Assembly: GCF_009914755.1 (NCBI RefSeq)
Contig: NC_060933.1
Reading direction: 5' to 3' (one strand)
Origin: the human T2T-CHM13v2.0 reference genome, Homo sapiens
DNA: 64,000 nt
Position 1 is the stretch's first letter. Every line of letters begins with the position of its first letter. The notes beneath the pieces are model-generated. The model was not told the DNA's origin, searched no databases, and saw only the letters and a program-made list of their open reading frames with translations. A program made the position numbers and the translations under genes. This document shows, piece after piece, positions 39,965 to 53,251 of this stretch.

Positions 39965-40080
39965 TATAATATTTATTATTTCTTATATAACAATATAATT
40001 TTATTATAATATATATTTAATATAATTTAATATAAATAACAATATAAATAATATAATAATGTATAACAATATAATATATC
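39965..40080. repeat. AT-rich low-complexity tract with ataacaatata units
   Basis: ataacaatataa occurs three times. Confidence 0.8.
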
Positions 40081-40131
40081 AGGCCACTTAAGTGGCTCTT
40101 GCCTTGAGCAAGTCATCTAACTTCTTGTTTT

Positions 40132-40427
40132 CCTTTCTTTTTGAGACAGGGTCTTGCTCTGTCATCCAGGGTGGAGTGCAGTGGTGCAATCATAGCTCAC
40201 TGTAACCTTGAACTCCTGGGCTTAAGCGATCCTCTTGCCTCAGCCTCCCTAGTAGCTGGGACCATAGGCATGCACCTCCCTGCCCGACTAATTAAAACAA
40301 AATTATTTGTAGACATGGGGTCTCACTCTGTGGCCCAGGCTGATCTTGAACTCCTGGCCTCAAGTGATCCTCCAGCCTTGGCCTCCCACAGTGCTGGGAT
40401 TATAGGTGTGAGCCATGGTGCCTGGCT
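40132..40427 (-). mobile_element. AluJ inserted in a MIR
   Basis: Perfect 14-bp TSD taacttcttgtttt at 40118-40131 and 40429-40442. Confidence 0.93.
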
Positions 40428-42569
40428 GTAACTTCTTGTTTTACAGATGAAAACACTATCTCCTTCATAAATTGTGAGAAAAATAAATTAATATGCACAA
40501 AAACAGTTTAAAAAGACCCTGGTATATACTTGGAGAAATTGGACTAACTTAATAGATGGGCTTAAAAAGTAACCTGGATAATGAAAGTGTTCAGTAAATG
40601 TTGTTGCTATTGTTGTCATTATTTAAAGTCCCAGTTTCCTCATCTGTAACTGAAGGGGTAGATTTAATCTTAATGATCTCTACAGTTTCTTTCCTTTGGT
40701 GATGCTCTGTTGCCTGTCCTTTAAGTTTCTATGAAGTGACCAATACAGAATATGAGTTGGTCAGGTTAACATTTAATATAAATAAAAATTTACCGTGAGG
40801 TGTTAAGAGCTGATAGCAGAAACAGGAGCATAAGAGTAACTGTTTTGTCTTGTTTTATGCAAATAACTTCCCTGTGTTTGCTTTTTTATAATGACAAAAT
40901 GATGAAATGGTAATAAGCAGGCAATTTCCACCAGGGGCTTAAAAACTTGGCCTAGTTTTGAATGTTTTAGGGTCCAGAAGGAGAGAAACCTAGCTCAGCC
41001 TTAACAGGAAGCAGAACAGCTTGTCAATCGGTTGTTTTAGCTCCCTGGAGTCTCATTCTGATATGGTAATTTTGTGTTATAAATCTGGGAGAATGTTGGA
41101 CAGGCTGAGGTCCAGTTATTCCAACAACTGCTACTGTAAATCCTTCATTCCCTCAGTAGTTGCCCTCTTCCTCAAATATCTTTCCATGCAGAGTAAATGC
41201 TAGTTATGGGGGCTATAAACTGCTTAAAATTAGGCTTTGGGCTAGAGAGTGTGTCTTCTCCTGTAAAAACAAGCTTTTCCTTATATTTTCCAGTATTTTG
41301 GCTCCAACAAAATCCAAGGGCTATATTTCTTGCTCCCAAATGCATAGAAAAAGTAATTTAAAAAATTTTTAAAAATGTAAATACTAATGAGAGGCAAAGC
41401 AGTCAAGAAGATACCATTTCTCTAGGTACCAACAGTTCAAACAATAAAAATATACTTATTTATCAATAATTTGATTTCAATAATATTTTACAAAATGAAC
41501 CACTTCTGATCAGATATAGATTTATTGGTAATACTGCTTGCAAAACAATTCAAAAGGAAAAGAAAGACAAAGTGAAATAGAGCTTGTATGAGAGAGAGAA
41601 TGAAAGATTATCTTTGGTGGTTCTAATTGATTTCTGACATTGTCCCCAACATAGCTTTTGTTGCATGTAAAGAATACTCTGTACAGTGGCCCAAGGCTAC
41701 TTCAATAATAGTTCACTGTTTTGTTAGTCAACAGCTGGCTTGTATGTGACCTTGATGTTTGTATTATACCCAGGAAACAGGAGACTTACGATGGGACTTT
41801 GACCAGGGCCAGCATTATAACCACATTAATGGAGAATGCAAATTCAAATTGAGGTGGGGCTGGCAGGAGTTCATCATTGAAAGGCTGCATTCATCACAGA
41901 TGTCAAGTACAGGCTGGGTCTTCATATTTCTTTTTCTCATACAATGACTTCTTCTCCTGTGGCTCTTTCACATGGACTGTGTATTCAGGGGACAAAGCTT
42001 CTGCAGTAGGCTTTGAGTAAGGTCAAACTCCATGGTGCCTAAGAGTCTAGGACACTCACTAAAATTGCCCAATAAAATGTCTGGACATTAAATAAATTGT
42101 ATTATATGAAATTCATGAGTGGGAAGGGCAAGCACTAAGGGTCATTTCTGTATTATGGTATTTAACAATTGCTTCCATTCAAATGCTACAATATTATGCA
42201 GTCTGTAGTAGATGTCCATGCACAGCATTCACATTCAACTTTAATATTTAGGAAAGCTTTTGTTAGGCAGACGTGGGAGTGGTATGCTAATCAATATGAA
42301 CTTTTCTCAAGTGTTCTTAATAGGGTAATAACACTGATGCCAGGATAACCTTGAAGTTTATATTTGCCGAGGTAGATATCCTGCAGAAAGAAGTTTTGAG
42401 AACTATAGTAGAAATGGAAGAAAAATATATTAATAGCATAGACTTGGGTATCCTTATAACCAGATACGTACTCTTTTCTAAAACCATCGCTAAAAGGGCT
42501 TAGGTGCTATTGGTAACTTCCTCCTAGTTTAAAACTCAGCCTAATGTTTTCAGTGGTGGGGAGGGATCT

Positions 42570-42890
42570 GACTCTATGAAATAATGAATTGTTCAGCCTT
42601 AAAAATATGTTTATAAACAGCATGAAAAAATGTAAATATTTTATGGCTAAATGAAAACTTTCACTGTATAGATATATGCAACATGATTACCACTGTGTTC
42701 AAAACAACGTAAAATAAACCTAAAACCTTATACACAGAAAAAAATACCTTAGAAGAAAATTCAGCAAAAGTCATTGGTGTTGTGGGGCTGTGGAAGATCT
42801 TTTTCCTCTGTTTATATTTTGATAGTTTTAAAATTTTCTATAATAAGCATATTTCTAATTAGTATATATTACTTTCACAATAGAAAAAAT
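42570..42890 (+). mobile_element. L1ME-like 3' end
   Basis: atgattaccactgtg…ttttctataataagcatattt…tttcacaatagaaaaaataaa. Confidence 0.55.
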
Positions 42891-43509
42891 AAACTGGATC
42901 AAAGCTATACTCAACTTCAAGATGACTGTTCACTGAGAAATGTGAAATTAATATGAAATATGAAAGAAAACTCTTACTATGTAAATGAATCACAGAATCC
43001 AAGAAAGATGTGCCGGATGGGAACTAGAGGTCATCTAGATTGCATTCTGTCTAATCAGATCATATGAAGGTAAGATTTCTGGGCTGAAGAGTTAAAAGTG
43101 TATCCTTCTCACATTAGAAGAGAGAAATGGAAAGAATCCAAGCTTTTTATTCAAACAAGGCTGGATTTAAATTTTGATGCTGCTTCTTAACTTTCTGTGT
43201 CCTTTGGGCAAATTATTTAACCTCTCTAAGATTTAGAAAAGAAAGATGGCAATAGTGCCTACTTCTTAAAATGGTTTTTAGATTTAAATGAGAATGGGGA
43301 AGATAGATACGTAGGTAGGTAGATAGATGTAGATACATACGTACACATATTGCCTAATACCTAATATGCAGCTTTTTAGCATTATTATTATCAAAGCCTC
43401 TTTTATTCCTCAGTGGCCATTGGCTAGAAATATTTTGATATCATTTCTTTTGGGTTTAAAAGAGAAGGAAGATAACCACTGAAATCTCTTTGTCCTTTTT
43501 TAAAAAAAA

Positions 43510-43732
43510 GCATGGTAAGCACATTTAACATGAGATCTACCCTTTCAACAGACTTTTAACTGTGAAATACAGTATTTTTAACTACAGGACAAATGTGCAA
43601 TGGATCTCTATAACTTACTTATTTTGTGTAAGTTCCTGTTAACTAGCAACTCACCATTTCCCCCTCTCTGCAGCCCCTGGCAACCACCACTGTGCTGTCT
43701 GCTTCTACAGGTTTGACTATTTCAGATTCCCC
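43510..43732 (-). mobile_element. L1MA9/10-like 3' end
   Basis: ggtaagcacatttaacatgagatctaccct…cagcccctggcaaccaccac…gtttgactatttcagattcc. Confidence 0.75.
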
Positions 43733-43879
43733 AGAGTCGTGTGTCTTCCAATACTGATAGAATAGTATTGAAGACCATGGTATATTTTTTTATGGACAAG
43801 AGTATTGTGATATCATCTCTTGCTGTCTATTCTCCTTCAGCTTCTTCCCTTAGTTTTTCTTTTCCTATAGCGCAGAATC

Positions 43880-45395
43880 TCTTCTGTGTCCTTTCTCCAG
43901 TCTCATTTTCTGTTGAATGGCCTCTATTCAGGATTTGTTTCCGTAACACTACTGAAACCGTACTTCTCAGGGTCATCAGTGAACTTCATCTTGCTAAATC
44001 TGGTGGCAAATTTTTATTCCTTTTAGTATGTGATATATTAGCACAAGATGGTTTCCTTCTCCTGGAAGTTCTTTTTTCACTTAGCTTCTAGGACATCACA
44101 TCTTTCTGGTCTTCTTTCCATCTCACTGGCTGCTTCTTTTCAGGTCTCCTTTGTGGGGCCCTCCTTCTCTCTCCCATCTATAAATGTCACAGTGCTTGGG
44201 TTTCAGCTCTTGTTCCTTGCTCCACCCACATTCCCTCCTCAGTAAGCGCATTATCTTCCATGGTGGGAATACAGTCTATATGCTAATTGGTCTCAAATTC
44301 GTATCTCCTACTCCGATTTCTCCCTGAAGTTCAGGTCATAAATCCAACCGCCTCCTTTATTACTATCTGGATGTCCAGTAGGCATCTAAAAATTATCATG
44401 TCCAAAACAAAACTCTTGTTTCCACTTCCTCAAAAATCCACCCCTTCCCCATGCTTCCCTGGTTTATTAGAAGGCAACTCCATTTTCCCCAATCACCCTT
44501 GAAATAATCCAGAACTCTTCTCTTTACCTCATACCCATCATCTACAGCAAGTCCTGTTGCCTCCACCTTCAAACTTGATTTCCAGTCCAACCACTTCTCA
44601 CCATCTCTTAGCTCAGCCCACAGCACCTACACTGGACTGGAGTGTAATGCCTGCATTACTTTGTAGTCTCCTAAATGATCTCCTAGTTTATATATTTGGC
44701 AGGTGCCAGAATGATCCTTTAAAACTCTAAATTAGATCATATTATTACTCTGCTCAAAACCATCTAATGGCTTCTCATCCCACTCAGAATAAAACCTAAA
44801 CTATTTATCATGTTCTGCTTCTCCAGCATCATCTCCTATCACTGCCGGCCTTACTTGCTTTTCTCCAGGCACACCAGCCTTCTTGCTGTGTCTCAGACAC
44901 GACAGGCATGTTCCTGCCTCAGAGCCTTTGCACCCACTCCTCCGTCTCCCTGGAATATTTTGCCGTCAGATCTTTGCTTGGCAGCTGGCTCCCTCACTTA
45001 GTACTAGGTTCTCATCTTTAAGTATCACATCTTCAGGGAGGGCTTCTCCAATCCCCCTTTTTATACTCTCACTCACTCTGAGCTAGGTGCTGTTCTAGGT
45101 GTTGGGGGAACAGCAGTGAATAGAGAGCTCCTCCTCTCTGAGGTTTACCCCACCTCGTCCTATCCCATCCCATCTCATTGCTCTGCACCTATTAAGTTCT
45201 TCTTTTAATTTTTTTTCTCATTGTACATATTATTGCCTGGTACCTTTCCATATATTTATTTTCTTCTTTATTTACAATCTCTTCTCTGTTAGAATGTAGG
45301 CTGAATGAGGACAGGTACTGTTGTATCCCTAGCCCCTAGAATAGTGCTTGGCAGGTGGCAGGCACTCTATAAGTGTTTCTGGAATGAATGATTGT
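43880..45395 (+). mobile_element. L2 (L2a-like), ~1.5 kb 3' portion
   Basis: ctactgaaacc…ggtcatcagtgaacttcatcttgctaaatc; ggatgtccagtaggcatct; ends gtgcttggcagg…tgtttctggaatgaatga. Confidence 0.85.
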
Positions 45396-46574
45396 AGAAG
45401 TAGTTTGATAAATAGAAGTCTATTGCAGGCAATAGGCAGAGACTTCATCTTGCCATATGTGACTTAGAAGGGATGTGAGTAGAATATGAATGAATGTTTC
45501 AAGCTGAAGCCTACTTCATGGATGTCACTAGCAGTTCCTGAGTACATCCTAGATGTCCATTCAGTGTTCTATACTTTATAGCTTTGAATGATGATTTGGC
45601 TTTCAAAAGATATACATGTCCATCTTGAATTTTTCGCAGTGAGTTTCGGTTGCATATGCCCCGGTTTATTTGTGTATGATATGTGCTGTGCCTGGCATCT
45701 GCTCTGCTTTCTGGCCCTCTGTGTGCCTGTGCCCAGAGGACATCTGAGAGTTAGTTGGCATATTATAAGGTAGTATCAGAAAACCTTTGCTCTGAGCCCT
45801 CTGACTGATCCTATTGGGGTTGAGAAACCTATCAAGTACTGCTAAGCTGGCAGAATGACAAAATCAACTCACACAAGGAAATAAATCAGGCGCGGTGGGC
45901 ATGGAGAGCCTTGAGGACCAATGGCAGAGGAAGACAGAGATTATGGCTCATGGATGGTAGATGATTGAGGACTGGATAGAAACTGGGTTGTCCAGAAACA
46001 CTATGTCTTAGCCAGAGCTGGAACATTGGCATTTGAAGCTGAAGACTAGTCCTGGCACTTTCAAGCTCTATCTGTGTTAGGATTGGGGTCCTCTCCTCCA
46101 GTCACTTTTCTTTTTGTCCATAATGGAAGTTGCAAGTTGACACTTATAAGCCCAGAGTTTTGAGATGCTGGTGGGTGTGTTTTCTGGGCAGAGTACCTTT
46201 CCCCCAGTGCTCTCAGCCAGTCCAGAGGCATCTCTCTGATGATGCAGGGTTGGGTATGATGTGCCTACACCTGCAATGAGGCACCGGAAATATAGGCATT
46301 AAGAGAGGAGATTTCCATGAGAGTCATAGAAAAGAAACTTGCCATTCAAAGTGGCTTTTTGACTTCACTGTTTCCAGGAAGTGCTATCTATCTCTGACAG
46401 GAATTATTTCCTTGCTTTCTGCCAGTGATCGTGCATGTTTTTGGCAATGTGAAATGTGGGTGCTTGGAGGAGAAATGAACAAATAAAAGGAGAGGAAGGG
46501 AGATAAAGTAAAGGCATCATTGTTGTTCAGTTCTTCAGAAAGATTATCCATCCTCTCTAACAGTGTCTTTTTTT

Positions 46575-46820
46575 CCTTAGTGTCACAGAGTGAAAAGAGC
46601 AAAAACTTTGGAATTAGACACATTTGTGCTTAAATCCTGGATATTTCAGTTATGGTGTTGGCTTAGGCAAAAAATCTTAATTTCTCAAATCTTAGGTTAT
46701 TAATCTGTAAAACTGGATAAATAATATCTATGATATAGGGTTGTTTTGAGTCTTAAGTGAAATAGGTGCAAAGTACAAAGCATAGGGCCCGAAAGATTCC
46801 TCTATAAATAGTAACTTTAA
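46575..46820 (+). mobile_element. MIR SINE
   Basis: ctttggaattagac…aatctgtaaaactggataa…atagggttgttttgag. Confidence 0.7.
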
Positions 46821-46879
46821 AAAGGGGAGTCAGGAGAGAAAATACCGCATCAGATATGAACGACCTGGGCTTCACTTAT

Positions 46880-47300
46880 TAATTTATTGAGCAAATTGTT
46901 AAACTGAGCATCTTCTTTGAATCTAGAAACGGGTGATATGATGGGCAAGATAGATATGCCTCCTTAGAGGCAAAAGGTGCAGACAGGTAAAAACACATGC
47001 AAATGTAAAAATATAAGAGAAGTGCTAAGCATGATAAGTGTCACTATGAAAGGAAGAGAAGAAGGAAAGGGGAAACTGCTTTATATAGAGTGATCAGGGA
47101 AGGCTTCCTGGAGGAGGTGATGTACAAGCTGAGAAAGAAGAATATGAAGGAGCCAGACATGTGAAGGCTGGAGGGAAGGGTTCCAGGTAGAAGAAAGGAT
47201 GTTAGCAAATGTTTGAGGCCAAACAAAACTTGGTGTGTTTGAGGTACTGAATACCAGAGTGGCTGAGATGAGAGACCAGTGCCAGAACACGAGAGACACA
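46880..47300 (-). mobile_element. L2 fragment
   Basis: atcagggaaggcttcctggaggaggtgatg…gttccaggtagaagaa…agcaaatg…ggtgtgtttgagg. Confidence 0.75.
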
Positions 47301-48604
47301 TAGGATGAAAGGACTGGCAGTTATTCCTGGGGAAAGTCTCTCTTGAGAACCTGTCACAAGAACATGCCATGTTGTAAGAAGGTTTCTCCCTTTGGTTATT
47401 AGTCTTCCCCCAACAGTCTTGGAAGTAAAATGAAGCTATTTTGTTGTAATGCAATAGTTTGCCTATATTGGAATCATTAGCATTCGATCATATCTTAGTG
47501 TTGCTCTGTGAGAGGATGGTGCATTATGGTGAATTATCTGCTGTTCTCCACAGGAGCCAAAGCTGTCTTCCTGTTAGCTCCAGAGTAAAAGTAGCCTGCA
47601 GCCCACACCCTGGGGTCTGATGAAAGGACTCACACTCCAGTCTGCATTCCTGCTGCACCTGCCAGACCCTGCTGACAAAATTTCTGTTTCTCCATTGACC
47701 AAATAAAACTGCAGTGTGGCCCCTTGGAGGGTTCCAGGAAAACTGAAGCTCCACTTCTCGTTTTTTAAGTTAGCCTGCTGCCACCTGGAGCTGAAAGCTG
47801 TAATCCCCACTCACCCTGGTGGGGACCTGACCTCTCTCCCACTGGAACCAGGTTGGTGGGAAGTAGCAAGAGAACTTGATTTCACTCCTATTTAGAGAGT
47901 CTATGTTCTCTGCTTCTGGTCTCACCTTCAAAATTAGGGCAGTGGTCTTTGATAGGATGATAACAGCAAGACAGGAGAGGTAGGCATCGGCCAAACCATG
48001 CCACTGAATGACATAACAGCTGAATGACCTCTAGCAAATTATTTATCTTCTCCAGACACTTTTTTTTGTCCCTAAAAATAGGAACAACATTATCTATCTC
48101 TTAGTGTTGTGGGGGAAGATATGAGTACAAAAAGCAATTGGCATGCTAGGTGTTAATTTATTCTTTCTTCCCTTTTTCTCTTCCCTTCCCTTCTCTGGTC
48201 AGTGAGTGCTTCTCCCTCTTTTCTGTCTCTTATTATTGAATATCTCATCTTTCGTATGTGATGTGGTGGTGAATCCCAGGTGGGCATTCTCACCACTTGT
48301 TATATCATGGCCAAGTGCTTGGAGAAAGATGTGATCACAATATTGAAAATTAAGTCATTTAGAGTCAATTTCACTTAATTATGCTCTCTCTCTCTGCCCC
48401 AACATCCACCAGGCCTGCTCTCAATGTGCAATGTTGCTTCATTTGGTAGTATCCTTGGAAAATGAGGGGTTTCATATAAATGAGTTTTTAGAGCTTTTTC
48501 AAGAAAAATTAAGCCCATCTTTTTGTGGCAAATTGTAGCAGGCCTTCTCTTAGGCCCAAAGGCACAGTAGCAAATACAACGTGTAAGTGGTAATGGTGCT
48601 GATG

Positions 48605-48780
48605 CAAGAATTTTCTTAGATCAGAAAGTCCCACCTGGGGAGATTTTAACATCTTTCACACTCAGGCCATACCTCGGGCCAATTACATCAGAATCTCTAG
48701 GGGTGGGATCCAGGCATCAGTATTTTTTAAAGCTTCCAGGTGATTCGAATGTGCAACCAAAGATGCGGAACCACTGCTAT
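48605..48780. mobile_element. MER5A/B (hAT-Charlie MITE)
   Basis: atcagaatctctaggggtgggatccaggcatcagtatttt…ccaggtgattcgaatgtgca…gaaccactg. Confidence 0.85.
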
Positions 48781-49021
48781 TCAGTTTCTTAACGCTCGAA
48801 ACCTCTGAATGTGTCTATGTTTCTATGAATTAAAAAAGAACACTATAATCATGTGTTTGCTGCAGGGCAACATTATGGCCCACAGGGATGGGGGTGAATG
48901 AAGCCTCAGTCAGAAGCAGACACATCTTTATGGAAATGACCATGAGAGGCCAGCTCTGGCAAGGCATGAGTATTGGCCACCACAGCTGATAGCCATGTGC
49001 CCATAACAAACAGTGGAATTG

Positions 49022-49648
49022 TGCCAGTTTTCAAAGGGAATTCTTACAACCATTGTGGAAGACAGTGTGGTGATTCCTCAAGGATCTAGAACTAGAAATA
49101 CCATTTGACCCAGCCATCCCATTACTGAGTATATACCCAAAGGATTATAAATCATGTTGCTATAAAGACACATGCACACGTATGTTTATTGTGGCACTAT
49201 TCACAATAGCAAAGACTTGGAACCAACCCAAATGCCCATCAATGATAGACTGGATTAAGAAAATGTGGCACATATACACCATGGAATACTATGCAACCAT
49301 AAAAAAGGATGAGTTCATGTCCTTTGTAGGGACATGGATGAAGCTGGAAACCGTCATTCTGAGCAAACTATTGCAAGGACAAAAAACCAAATACTGCATG
49401 TTCTCACTCATAGGTGGGAATTGAACAATGAGAACACCTGGACACAGGAAGGGGAACATCACACACTGGGGCCTGTCGTGGGGTGGGGGGGAGGAGGGAG
49501 GGATAGCATTAGGAGATATACCTAATGTAAATGACGAGTTAACGGGTGCAGCACACCAACATGGCACATGTATACATATGTAACAAACCTGCACATTGTG
49601 CGCATGTACCCTAGAACTTAAAGTATAATAATAATAGAAAAAAAAAGC
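49022..49648 (+). mobile_element. 5'-truncated L1PA (PA4/5-like) with short 5' inversion
   Basis: ORF2 C-terminus (…KTWNQPKCPSMIDWIKKMWHIYTMEYY…), 3' UTR and poly-A; TSD cagtggaattg at 49011-49021 and 49649-49659. Confidence 0.95.
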
Positions 49649-51332
49649 CAGTGGAATTGGGCAGTAGAATAAAGGAAACACAGAAAGTCAGATGAGAAGG
49701 TGAAAGAAGAGAAATGGTATTTAATATAAAGGAGAGGTTAGCTGGTAAAACATTTAAATACCCTTCAAGGGAGAAGATGGTTAAGTAAAACAGATAAAAA
49801 GCCAAAGATAAATGATAAAGTGATTGATAGTCTTTAGGCAGTATACATATATCTTCCCCAATTAGGATAATTTTCTCAGATCAAGGTTTGGGTTTGATGA
49901 AGGTAGGTAATATATTGAGAGACTGATATATTGAGCTCTACATCAGGCCAACGCACTTGGCTGAAACCTTGAAATCTGATGAATGTATTCATTTACTAAG
50001 CATCACCTCTAACAAGATGAAGCATAAATATTGATATAGAAGAAAGTGTAGATGAATGTATTCAAATAATAGGAGGTATTTTATGTCAACTGATTAGCAA
50101 GGAAGAGAAAGCACAAAGTATCTGGTTTTCAGACACCTGGCTTACAAGTAATCTATGCATATAGATAGTTTCCCTAGCTCCTTCCTGTCTATTTTCTTCT
50201 CAACCCTCTACTAAAATACAACGGGTGAAAAATGCAACAAAACTTATAGGTTTGAACAAATATTGTGGAATCAGAAGTGGAGAAAGGGAATAAGCTGGAA
50301 AATATCTGTTTATTTTGGAGCAGTGATTTCCAAACTTTAGTTTTGTGTCCTTTAGTCAAATTAGTTTTACTGGGAAGGGTTAGAGAACTAAAATAAATTT
50401 AAAACAGAAGAAGAGTGGCCCAGGGTCCTTTATGTTCAGTCTCCATTATTCTCCTTACCCTTACCCACACTGGAGATGCTGAAGGAAGCAGAGTTTGGGA
50501 ATGATTGGAATATGAGTTGCATAGAAGGAGATTGCTAAGAAGATTCGGCATTTTATGTGGCATTCCCACCCCTTCCTAACCCCTCTGACCTGTATTTCCC
50601 CTTGACTTTGTCATACTGCCTTGACCCCCAATCAGTCATTCCTTTGGATCAATATGTGTCCTCTGCTGAAAGTACAAGCACATTATGAGGTCAAAGAGCC
50701 ATCAGTCCCACATACATGAGTGTGAACTTAATAATGCCACTAGCCTCCAGATTCCTAGGTGAGTTCGTTTGTGGTGAGGAAATGGAGCTGCAGGACGTGG
50801 GAGACGGGTAATGCTGGGGAAGGATGATGGGGAAGTCCTGTTAGTGTGTCTCTAGGGATTTTGGGGGTACCCTGGGAGCAATGCTGCAGAAGAGGGAACA
50901 GGTTCTGAAAAGAAACATTGCCTATTATTTTTTATTTTCTGGAATCAATCCTGTCCCGAGGAAGGGGGTGGCAATCTCTTTCTTCTTCCTACCACATTTC
51001 TTGGTTTCTTGTTCCCAGTGTCTTTATAGCAAATGAGACTTTTGCTTAATTATTTACATTGCTTGATGAGAAAATTGATTCCGGTTTGTAAATAGATCCC
51101 TGGATCACAGCCCATTTATAAGCTGATGACTTCCTAAAATGCACAATTGACTGTTTTGTGTGGAAGAGATTACCTCTAAAAAAACTGTTAATGAGAAATG
51201 TGTACGTTTGAACACTTAAAACATGCTTAAAGAACATTAAATATTTATCCAAATGTGGCACCTCTGAGGACTATGAGGAGTTTATGGCTTCTGTGATTTT
51301 AACTTAGTTGCTACCACGGAGAGGACCCCAGA

Positions 51333-51505
51333 GCAGTGGTTCTTAACTCTTGAGAGTTATTGATACCTTGGGGAATCTGAGGACTGTATTCATCTTCCTA
51401 TGATATGCAAGCACACTCCAAATCTTGCATGCATTTTCAGAGGTTTCACAGAACTCCCTAAAGACTTTTGAGTTTTCAGGGTCTTTGAGCTAAGAATTGT
51501 TACTC
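51333..51505. mobile_element. hAT-Charlie MITE (subfamily uncertain)
   Basis: cagtggttcttaac…gaatctgag…ttgcatgcattttcagaggtttcacaga…gctaagaa. Confidence 0.55.
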
Positions 51506-52055
51506 AATTGACTGGAGGAGTAACACTGGCCTGTGTATATGAGAAAAATCCCTATTTGGGAATAGGTTGTCACTTAGGATAAGAGAGTCTATCCCTATCC
51601 TATAGGGTCTACTGTATTTAACAACTGAAAAAGGAGTCAAGGGCTTGTATATCTCCCAAACAAATACATTGGGGAGTCTGTGTTCTGCCCCTTATACCTG
51701 GGAAATTCACCAAGAATCTATAGTGCTATAAAGATTGAAGATGGGACATCCCTACAATATTCTTTCCTAATGGAGGATTTAGGAAAGACTTATTTATTCT
51801 CATTCATTCTTACTACATCTATTGAACACCAATTTTGTGGAAAGTCACTGTGCTAGGTGTAGTAAGGGGACACAAAAATGTATAAGGCCTGCTCTTTTTT
51901 TAAGTTGCATGCCATTTTGTAGCAGACATAAACTTTGTATCCTAATAGTATAGGGCTCAGGAGAGCATGCTCTGAAACTTACTGTCCCTTTCAGCTGTGT
52001 TCCTTGGGGATGTTACTGTGCCTTGGTTTCCTCATCTGTAAAATGCAGATAATAG

Positions 52056-52184
52056 CAGGATGACCATATAATTTATAATTTAAGTCAGGATACCTTTGTA
52101 AGTGGAGGGCTGCTATTAATAGTTACGCTGGGCCACAAGCACAAACTGGGCTATCTCAGGAAAATGAGGACCATGATCACTCTA
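52056..52184 (-). mobile_element. MER94 inserted in a MIR (51945-52260)
   Basis: Terminal inverted ends caggatgaccatataattta … atgatcactcta; internal gctattaatagttacgctggg. Confidence 0.75.
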
Positions 52185-53251
52185 GTGTGGAAAGATTATC
52201 CTAGGGATTGAAGAAGGCAATGCATAGGACATTATCACATCATGTCTGTGGCTGGGCAAATGTTATCTGCTGTGATTGGTGTTATGGGTACCTAAAAGAA
52301 AAAGTGATATTTGAATTTATAGGGGAGACGGATGATTATTTCTTAAGACCAACATTTATTATATACTCTTTATGGGCTATTGGCTCAAACCAGTGAAAGA
52401 AAACAATAAAATTAGAACTCCTTCTGCAAAACAGTCCTTTCATGGGCATGATAAGTATCTCCACTAGCTGCAACATGTTTCTATTCTGGTCCTGCTTTCC
52501 TGTGCATTACAGTCCCATCCCTTTACCTGTCTATCAAAAGTTTTCTTCAGTTCCTCATAGTGATCTTTGATTCAATATATATCTGACTGAAACAAATGGT
52601 GGATAGGAGGCAGGACAAACTTGCAGCTCCTGTCAGACAGATAGAGAAGTGTGTGGAGACTCACACTGTGAGCTTTTGCTCCAAGAACTACCACAAAAAC
52701 ACATCAGGAAAGCTGACAGCATCCACAGACCCTTTGAAGGAAGCAGATTGCTGCTGCAGGCCCATAGAGACAGCTGAAAAACTCGAAGACAAAGGGCATA
52801 ATCTCTTGGGAACTCTATGGGCCTGCCCACCACCTGATCTTACCTATACTACCGCAGCTGATGCTCTCTTGAAAGCACCACCTCCTGGCTGGAGGCCAAC
52901 CAACACAAAACTAGCACAATAAACAAAACTACAGCCAAGGACCCTCACAGAGTTTACTTCACTCCGTTGCCACCCCACCTGGAGCAGGTGCTGGTATCCA
53001 TGACCAAGAGATCTGAAGACGGTTTACATCACAGGACTCTGTGCAAACACTCCCCAGTACCTGAAGCCCCATAGCTCTGCTGGGCGGCTAGATCCAGAAG
53101 AGAAATAACAATGACTGCAGTTAAGTTCTCTGGAAGCCCCTTTCCTAGAGGAAGGGAGAGAATACTATATCACGGGAGCACGCTGCGGGACAAAAGAATC
53201 TGAACAGCAGCCCTTGAGCCCCAGATCTTCCCTCTGCAATAGTCTACCCAA

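Noticed and set aside
47616-47660. Second CTGATGA hammerhead-core candidate
   Set aside because: No closing stem II/GAAA arrangement.
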